A program made the position numbers and the translations under genes. A model generated the notes under the pieces. It saw nothing but the letters and a program-made list of their open reading frames with translations. It searched no databases and was not told where the DNA came from. From the sequence record SRR20825010_2783: DNA of 43,418 nucleotides; one strand, 5' to 3'. Shown in pieces: positions 37,090 through 43,418 of the stretch. Each line of letters starts with the position of its first letter. Position 1 is the first letter of the stretch.

Positions 37090-38796
37090 ATGGTTGCATC
37101 CAACAGCGAACCATACGACGTGATCATTGTTGGCTCTGGCGCAGGGGGCGGCATGAGCGCTTATTCCCTCACCCATGCTGGCATGAAGGTATTGATGCTG
37201 GAAGCCGGGCGTGACTACGACCCTCTCACTGAAACTCCCATGTTCAATATTCCCGCCGATGCACCGCTCAGGGGCACAAGCACACCAGACAAACCTTTTG
37301 GCTTTTTTGATGCGACGATTGACGGTGGCTGGAAAGTTCCAAACGAGCCCTACACCATCGCGGAAGGTTCAGAAGAATTTAAGTGGTGGCGGCCACGTAT
37401 GCTGGGCGGACGCACCAACCACTGGGGCCGTATATCCCTGCGGTTTGGCCCATATGATTTCAAGCCCCATAGCCGGGACGGTCTCGGTTTCGACTGGCCT
37501 ATCACTTATGATGATCTGGCACCCTGGTATGACAAGGTGGAAAAGCTAATCGGTGTGACCGGACTTGCTCACGGCCTGGAGAATACACCAGATTCGCCAG
37601 CAGGCATTCTGCAACCTCCACCGCCCCCGCGGGCTTTTGAAATGTTCCTCGAGCGTGGCTTCAAGAGCATGGGCATACCCGTCGCCGCAATGCATGCGGC
37701 GGTTCTCACACAACCCATAAATGGTCGCCACGCCTGTTTTTACGCCACACCCTGCGGTCGTGGCTGCGCCATTCGTGCAAACTTCCAAAGCACAACGGTG
37801 CTTATCCCCCCAGCGCTTGAAACTGGTAACCTCACCATCATGGTCAACGCACTTGTCTATCAGGTAGACTTGGACAAAGAAGGCAAAGCAACAGGCGTGA
37901 GCTTTGTGGACCGTGTGACCGGCGAACACCACAGCGCGAAAGCGAAAACCGTGGTGCTTGCCGCCGGCGCCTGCGAAAGTGCACGTATTCTCCTCAATTC
38001 AAAGAGCGCCAAGTTCCCTGATGGCTTATGTAACGACGAGGGTTTTGTCGGGCGCTACCTGATGGATACGGTAGGCTCCAGCACCGGCGGTCAGTTCCCG
38101 GCGCTTGAAAACCTGCCACCCACCAATGATGACGGCATGGGCGTCGGGCATATCTATGTGCCGTGGTGGGAATACCAGAAACAATCCCGCAAGGAGATGG
38201 ATTTCCCTCGCGGTTACCATATTGAAATGGGTGGCGGCCGGAGAATGCCATCAGTACGCACCGGTGCGCTTGCCGACAATGAAACGTTATATGGCGGCGC
38301 GCTTCGGCAAAGTTTGCGAGAAAAATACGGCAGCCATATCGGTTTCGCTGGCCGTGGTGAGATGATCCCCAATGATGACTGCTATTGTGATCTGGACCCT
38401 GATGTCACCGATAAATGGGGCATTCCTGTGCTTCGTTTCCACTGGAAATGGAGCGAACATGAGATCAAGCAGGCTTCCCACATGCGGCAAACCTTCCTTG
38501 AACTGATCGACCGCTTGGGTGGCAAACCGCTTTGGGGCACAGATACTGACGGCCAAAAAGCGATCTCCAAGGGTGGAGAGATTATCCACGAGGTTGGTAC
38601 TGTTCGCATGGGTTCATCTGCCAAAGACTCTGTTGTGAACGAGTATGGGCAAAGCTGGGCGGTGAAAAACCTGTTTGTTGCAGATGGTGCCGTCATGGCC
38701 TCCAGCCCTGACAAAAACCCAACCCTCAGCATTCTTGCACTCAGTTGGCGAACCAGCGACTACCTGGCTGAGCAAGCTAGAAAGGGCGCGCTATGA
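37090..38796 (+). CDS. GMC oxidoreductase, glycoside 3-dehydrogenase catalytic subunit-like
   Basis: GSGAGG FAD motif, LGGRTNHWGR, Cys cluster C..ATPCGRGC, HEVGTVRMG, KNPTLSI. Confidence 0.9.
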   Translation: MVASNSEPYDVIIVGSGAGGGMSAYSLTHAGMKVLMLEAGRDYDPLTETPMFNIPADAPLRGTSTPDKPFGFFDATIDGGWKVPNEPYTIAEGSEEFKWWRPRMLGGRTNHWGRISLRFGPYDFKPHSRDGLGFDWPITYDDLAPWYDKVEKLIGVTGLAHGLENTPDSPAGILQPPPPPRAFEMFLERGFKSMGIPVAAMHAAVLTQPINGRHACFYATPCGRGCAIRANFQSTTVLIPPALETGNLTIMVNALVYQVDLDKEGKATGVSFVDRVTGEHHSAKAKTVVLAAGACESARILLNSKSAKFPDGLCNDEGFVGRYLMDTVGSSTGGQFPALENLPPTNDDGMGVGHIYVPWWEYQKQSRKEMDFPRGYHIEMGGGRRMPSVRTGALADNETLYGGALRQSLREKYGSHIGFAGRGEMIPNDDCYCDLDPDVTDKWGIPVLRFHWKWSEHEIKQASHMRQTFLELIDRLGGKPLWGTDTDGQKAISKGGEIIHEVGTVRMGSSAKDSVVNEYGQSWAVKNLFVADGAVMASSPDKNPTLSILALSWRTSDYLAEQARKGAL

Positions 38797-39434
38797 GACA
38801 CCCAAAACTTCCAACCATGACCCGGCGTACCGCCCTGGCCCTTTTGGGGGCAGCGGCGACCATCCCGCTTACTGGTGCCCGCGCGATTGAGCAGATACTG
38901 CAACCTTTCCCTGAAGGGTACGGCACTGATCCAAACCTCATAGACCCTATCGTTCCTTGGACTGGTATCATGAGCGAAGCGCAACTAAAAATGGCGGCCT
39001 ATTTCGCTGACTTTATCCTGCCCGCTGAAGGGCAAGCACCAGCCGCCAGCGCGCTCGGCATCCATGAATTCATCAACGAGTGGATCAGCGCACCCTACCC
39101 TGAGCAGACCAAAGACCGCACTACGATCCTTGAAGGGTTTGCGTGGCTCAATGAGGAAGCAAACGCTCGTTTCGGTAGTGATTTCATGAGTGTAACCGGT
39201 GAGAACCGAGACAACATTCTACAGTTCGCTGCACAGCACAAGAACGCAGAAAACCCTATGCCTCACGATTTTTTCGTTCGCTTCAGGGCTCTTGTGGCAG
39301 GCGGTTATTACACAACGCACGAAGGTTTTCGCGACATTGGCTATATCGGCAATATCCCGCTGGAGACCTACCCCGGACCTTCAGCATCGGTAAAACAGGC
39401 GCTCGAAGAGCAATTCAAAAAGTTAGGCATTTGA
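38793..39434 (+). CDS. Gluconate-2-dehydrogenase subunit 3 family protein (Tat-exported partner subunit)
   Basis: TRRTAL Tat motif; ILPA..PAAS..FI, GGYYT..G..DIGY.GN. Confidence 0.85.
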   Translation: MRHPKLPTMTRRTALALLGAAATIPLTGARAIEQILQPFPEGYGTDPNLIDPIVPWTGIMSEAQLKMAAYFADFILPAEGQAPAASALGIHEFINEWISAPYPEQTKDRTTILEGFAWLNEEANARFGSDFMSVTGENRDNILQFAAQHKNAENPMPHDFFVRFRALVAGGYYTTHEGFRDIGYIGNIPLETYPGPSASVKQALEEQFKKLGI

Positions 39435-39444
39435 GGGCATAACA

Positions 39445-40155
39445 ATGAAAAAGATACTTACCAGCATTCTCATGGCGTCAGCCCTGGCCACCTCAGCGCT
39501 AGCCGGTGACGAGAACACCCTGAGCACCGCTGAAGAAGCGGCAGGTTGGCAATTGCTGTTTGATGGAGAAACCACAGATGGCTGGCGCAACTATGGGCAT
39601 GAAGACCTGTCTGGGGATTGGCGCGCCGACGGGGGAACACTCACCTTCAACCCCGGCAAGGCCGGTGACATTATCACGGACGCGACCTTTACCAACTTTG
39701 AGCTTTCTATTGACTGGAAGATATCCAAAGGCGGCAACAGCGGTATTTTCTTTAACGTTGTAGAGGGACCGTCATACGCCTATATGACCGGGCCTGAGTA
39801 TCAATTGCTGGACAACGCCAACAGGGACGAGTCCCCTCTCGAGCAAGCCGGCGCGCTCTTCGCACTATATGCACCCACAACCGATGTAAGCCATCCAGCG
39901 GAAAGCTGGAACACCAGCAGACTTGTGGTAAACGGCGGGTATATTGAACATTGGCTCAACGACGTAAAGGTCGTGTCCTACGATATGGATTCCGATGACT
40001 TTAAAAACCGGGTTTCTGCATCAAAATTCTCACCTGATGGTCCCAACGCAGATGTGATGAAACATTTCGCTACCGCGCGCAGTGGTCATATTGCCCTGCA
40101 GGATCACGGCGACAAAATCGCGTTCCGCAACATCAAGATCAAACCACTGCCTTAG
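39445..40155 (+). CDS. DUF1080 / 3-keto-disaccharide hydrolase family periplasmic protein
   Basis: Signal peptide; GWQLLFDG..GW, GNSGIF, GPEYQLLD, WN, EHWLN, GHIALQDHG..FRNIKI. Confidence 0.92.
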   Translation: MKKILTSILMASALATSALAGDENTLSTAEEAAGWQLLFDGETTDGWRNYGHEDLSGDWRADGGTLTFNPGKAGDIITDATFTNFELSIDWKISKGGNSGIFFNVVEGPSYAYMTGPEYQLLDNANRDESPLEQAGALFALYAPTTDVSHPAESWNTSRLVVNGGYIEHWLNDVKVVSYDMDSDDFKNRVSASKFSPDGPNADVMKHFATARSGHIALQDHGDKIAFRNIKIKPLP

Positions 40156-42287
40156 GCCTTCTTCCCGCCGCGCGACGCGATATAGGGAAAGACAATCAAG
40201 GCCAGAAGAACCGCAATCCCGGCGCCAATAGCGATTTCAACACCAAAGCGCTGGGATGGTGGGAAATCAGACAGCGCAAACACGGAAAAACCGATCATAA
40301 TCGCGAGTGTTGATATAAGAGCCGGCCAGCTTTGGGTCTCCAGCGCCGCTTTCCACACTGCCCAATCCCTGAAGGATAAACCTTTTTCTTTGAGCGTGCG
40401 CTTGGCGGTGACTGTGATGTGAATCATATCGTCCACAATGAGCCCCAAACAGATATTGATGGCAGGAGACGAGATAATATCAACAGGCATACCAAGCGCG
40501 CCAAGCCCACCCAGAATGATCGCGGAAATTATGGCTGCACACAGCATGACAGCAAATGAGACCATCAGTGTGCCGGACACGATGTAAGCGATCACACCAA
40601 ACATCAGGATAAGTGTCACCACTCCTGTTGTCATGCTTCTCGCTACCGAGGCCGCCAGCTCGCCTTGCAGATAGTAGGTGCCCCCGGTCAGCGTGATCTC
40701 AAAACCATGGGAGCCCGGTATCTTCTCCACTTCATTGATGATCTCAAGCCGGTCTCGCTCGCGCCCGCTTTCTCGCATACGCAGCATGAACAACGCGTGA
40801 GTACGGTCTTCGGTCACAAAGCTTTTTGCAACGGCTCCATAGTCAGGGTTAGACAATATATCGAGCAGCAGGTTCCATGGCAGCAGTTGGCCAAGCCAGT
40901 GCTCGTCTCCTTCCGCCATAATCACGGGTAGTGAAATCACGGAACCTACAGCCTCATGTTCGCTCAAGGCTTGCTGCAGGTCCCACATCTTTTTGTAGGA
41001 TTCGCTGTTATCCAGCTTCTCCAGATTTTCCCGGCGCACCACCAGAAGAAGCGGATTGCTGCCCCCATTTTCATCTACATGATAGATGCCGTTATGAAGC
41101 TCTGACTCTTCCTTGAAATACGAAAGCAGGCTTGGGTCTGTATTCAGCTTTGGCAACCCAACCGCCGTCAAACCGATAGCGAGCACGAGCATACCTAGCG
41201 TAAAAACTCGCGCCCGTTTGTGAAGGGCGAGCGACAAACCACCGGCCGTGTTGGACATTGATGACGATGCGATCCTGGCTCGGGCTAAAAAATACGGGTA
41301 AACACCGTAGGCACACACCAGAGCGCATACTGTGCCCACTGTGCCACCAACACCAAGCTGGTTCAGCGGTTTTGCATCAACAAAGATCAGGCTGGCAAAA
41401 CCAAGAAACGTGGTAAGCGCCGCCCACGTCGAAGCAGGGAAGGTGTGTGCCACCGTTTTCATCAAAGGGGCGTTCCCATCATCACCCATGTCGTTTTGCC
41501 TGTTTGAGGTCAGGAAAATGACATGAGACAAGGTCAGCACAAAAACAATGGCGCCCAAGTTTGCCGTTAGGATACCGATGGGGATACCAAACAGACTTTG
41601 CACCGCCAGCGTAAGCATCGCCGCCGCGATGCATGTCGCTATGGCTCCAATCACAACACGAGGGGAGCGAAACACCACAAACAATACAAGCGCGCTGAGC
41701 AGCATGGCGCCCAGGGAGAATGTTTTCATATCCGATGTGAGATTGCGGCGAATTTGCTCAACGATATAGGGCAAACCCGAAATGCGAATGGCGAACCATT
41801 TGTTTTCTTCTTGCCCCACAATGGTCTCGATGCTTTCCACTAATTCGGTAAAAGAATCGGTATCAATAAACGCAATAATAAAGCTGGATTTGTCGTCATT
41901 ACCGATCAGCAATCGTCGCCATAGCGGGTTTTCCCGCGCAGCTTCAAGGTCGTCAGGACCGTTGGTGATGCTCTGAACATCTGTCACGCCCTCCACCTGC
42001 TGGATACGTTTGGTTAGCGTATCGATCTTCTCGATAAAGTTGGGGTCTTCAAAGCTACCCGCTGTCGTCACATTAAGAAGTATCTGCTGCTGGGAGGGAA
42101 ACTCATCCACGATTTTCTGGTTTTTCTGGAAAATCTCACTATCAGACGAGAAGAAAAAATCCGGCGTGATTTTAGGTTCCAGATCCACCTTGAAGAAAAA
42201 GAAGGCAGTAATAAGAGCCAGAAACAATGGTGCAATGATTTTATAAGCCGCGTTAGATTTACCGCCACCCTGCGCTGATAACGCCAT
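40152..42287 (-). CDS. MMPL/RND-superfamily exporter
   Basis: Two repeats of periplasmic domain plus TM bundle; GLIVDDMIH, TTFLGFASL, IGFSVF motifs. Confidence 0.85.
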   Translation of the reverse strand: MALSAQGGGKSNAAYKIIAPLFLALITAFFFFKVDLEPKITPDFFFSSDSEIFQKNQKIVDEFPSQQQILLNVTTAGSFEDPNFIEKIDTLTKRIQQVEGVTDVQSITNGPDDLEAARENPLWRRLLIGNDDKSSFIIAFIDTDSFTELVESIETIVGQEENKWFAIRISGLPYIVEQIRRNLTSDMKTFSLGAMLLSALVLFVVFRSPRVVIGAIATCIAAAMLTLAVQSLFGIPIGILTANLGAIVFVLTLSHVIFLTSNRQNDMGDDGNAPLMKTVAHTFPASTWAALTTFLGFASLIFVDAKPLNQLGVGGTVGTVCALVCAYGVYPYFLARARIASSSMSNTAGGLSLALHKRARVFTLGMLVLAIGLTAVGLPKLNTDPSLLSYFKEESELHNGIYHVDENGGSNPLLLVVRRENLEKLDNSESYKKMWDLQQALSEHEAVGSVISLPVIMAEGDEHWLGQLLPWNLLLDILSNPDYGAVAKSFVTEDRTHALFMLRMRESGRERDRLEIINEVEKIPGSHGFEITLTGGTYYLQGELAASVARSMTTGVVTLILMFGVIAYIVSGTLMVSFAVMLCAAIISAIILGGLGALGMPVDIISSPAINICLGLIVDDMIHITVTAKRTLKEKGLSFRDWAVWKAALETQSWPALISTLAIMIGFSVFALSDFPPSQRFGVEIAIGAGIAVLLALIVFPYIASRGGKKA

Positions 42288-42377
42288 ATGAGCCCCCTAT
42301 CGGTTATCTCCATCATCCACAATATGGCGTTGCTGTAAAATATTTCAGTGGCTCAACGGGCTTCTCTTCCTCAATAG

Positions 42378-42412
42378 AAATGCCGGAGAGCAGCTTTCAC
42401 CACTCTCCGGCA
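42378..42412 (-). terminator. Terminator hairpin downstream of the OB-fold gene
   Basis: TGCCGGAGAG/CTCTCCGGCA perfect 10-bp stem; short U-tract on the minus strand. Confidence 0.65.
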
Positions 42413-42442
42413 CCTCTGGTACAGCCTAATAGCTTCCTTGGA

Positions 42443-43111
42443 TTAGCTAACCATCACTACCTTGGCAGATACGATCTGCTCACCAAGGCCTGCAACTTCA
42501 CTGTCCATAACACCAGTTACCTTGACCTTCTGGCCCGCAGTAACGGTTACAGCTTCTTTGGTGTGCACGTCGATCGTCTCGCCGCTTTCACCTTTTAGCG
42601 TGAAGGACATCTTGTCATCAGCTACCGATTCAATGGTACCTGTGATTGTTACAGGGCCCTCATCTGGCAGAGCGTCGACTTTTTTCATCTCGTCGTCACC
42701 AGCGCCGCCTTTAACAGAAGGCTCGGTTGGAGCTGGGTCCTCAGCATCCTGTGGCTCTGGGCGGGCTGCCTCATCAGCCGCGTCAATCACGGTTACGCTT
42801 GTGGCGTCGATCTCTTTGCCAAGACCCAAGGCTTTGTCATCAAGAACACCAACCACTTTGACGCGGTCACCTTCATGAAGGGTAAGCTGGAACTTGGAAT
42901 CGATCTCGATCGTTTTGCCGCTCGCATCACGAAGGGTGAATTCCTTGTTGCTGGAAATACCCTCAACGGTACCTGTAAGGGTTACAGAACCCGCTTCAGG
43001 CAGTTGTGCGATGCTAGCATATTCTTTGCTCTGGTCGTCAGCCGACGCCACAGAAGAAACAGCCAACATGAAACCAGCGGTTACAAGCGCAGTTGTTGAT
43101 TTAATAAGCAT
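42443..43111 (-). CDS. Periplasmic protein with two tandem bacterial OB-fold (YgiW/YdeI-like) domains
   Basis: Signal peptide from ATG 43111; repeats VTLTGTV..FTLRDASG.TIEID..V.V.G and VTITGTI..FTLKGESG.TIDV..VKVTG. Confidence 0.75.
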   Translation of the reverse strand: MLIKSTTALVTAGFMLAVSSVASADDQSKEYASIAQLPEAGSVTLTGTVEGISSNKEFTLRDASGKTIEIDSKFQLTLHEGDRVKVVGVLDDKALGLGKEIDATSVTVIDAADEAARPEPQDAEDPAPTEPSVKGGAGDDEMKKVDALPDEGPVTITGTIESVADDKMSFTLKGESGETIDVHTKEAVTVTAGQKVKVTGVMDSEVAGLGEQIVSAKVVMVS

Positions 43112-43391
43112 TCTCTCTCTCCTTTGTTGAGTGTGGCCGACCCGCTTCTGTTTTGGGTCCGGACCAGCGCTACACCTTCTTGCTACCAACGCCTGCGTCA
43201 GGTTTCGATGCTAATGCAACCCATTGAATACAAAGGAATTATAAAGATTTAGAGAGAATCACAGACCACCGCTTCAATCATGGCGAGAAAAGGGAAATTT
43301 GACGGCAAAACCGCGGTATTTGGTTCATTTTCAGTGGCCACAGGACAGAACTGCGTGCACGATGCGGAGTATAGGCATTGACCGAATAAAA

Positions 43392-43418
43392 TGGCGGAGA
43401 GAGAGGGATTCGAACCCT
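43392..43418 (-). tRNA. 3' end of a tRNA, probably tRNA-Ser (partial; anticodon outside window)
   Basis: Minus strand reads AGGGTTCGAATCCCTCTCTCTCCGCCA: T-loop GTTCGAATC, acceptor strand CTCTCC, discriminator G, encoded CCA. Confidence 0.88.

Noticed and set aside
43392-43418. Terminal tRNA fragment as an att-site duplication of an island
   Set aside because: The sequence is cut by the window edge, so a full tRNA cannot be told from a fragment; no second copy or integrase was seen.

Overview
A ~43 kb stretch of chromosome, most likely from an alphaproteobacterium (inferred from gene style; a marine Kordiimonas-like organism is plausible). It runs from the 3' end of glmS to the 3' end of a tRNA-Ser and is a patchwork of accessory modules with no recognisable mobility genes. 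In order: csbD; a LacI-controlled alpha-glucoside (probably trehalose) locus (TBDR, LacI, beta-PGM, GH65, MFS) with clear operators; an N-acyl-amino-acid-synthase-like gene beside a multi-TM histidine kinase and an odd DHp-receiver protein; ArsR; an RND/MFP pump; two degenerate sulfotransferase-fold genes beside a 2-hydroxyethylphosphonate operon (CyTase-PepM, Ppd, Fe-ADH); MFS; BetI without betBA, whose predicted operators precede a TBDR-phoD operon (also carrying a Pho box) and a second alkaline-phosphatase-superfamily gene; an MmyB-type regulator module; an ECF42/YciI module; a Tat hydrolase; DUF1203; a glycoside-3-dehydrogenase/DUF1080 operon; MMPL; and a tandem OB-fold protein. Best candidates for undescribed systems: (1) a choline- and phosphate-gated TonB-dependent phosphocholine-ester scavenging regulon, (2) a FeeM-like synthase/sensor-kinase signalling cassette, (3) a phosphonate cluster whose only candidate tailoring enzymes are altered sulfotransferase folds. 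All calls come from motif recognition by eye; no database searches were run.
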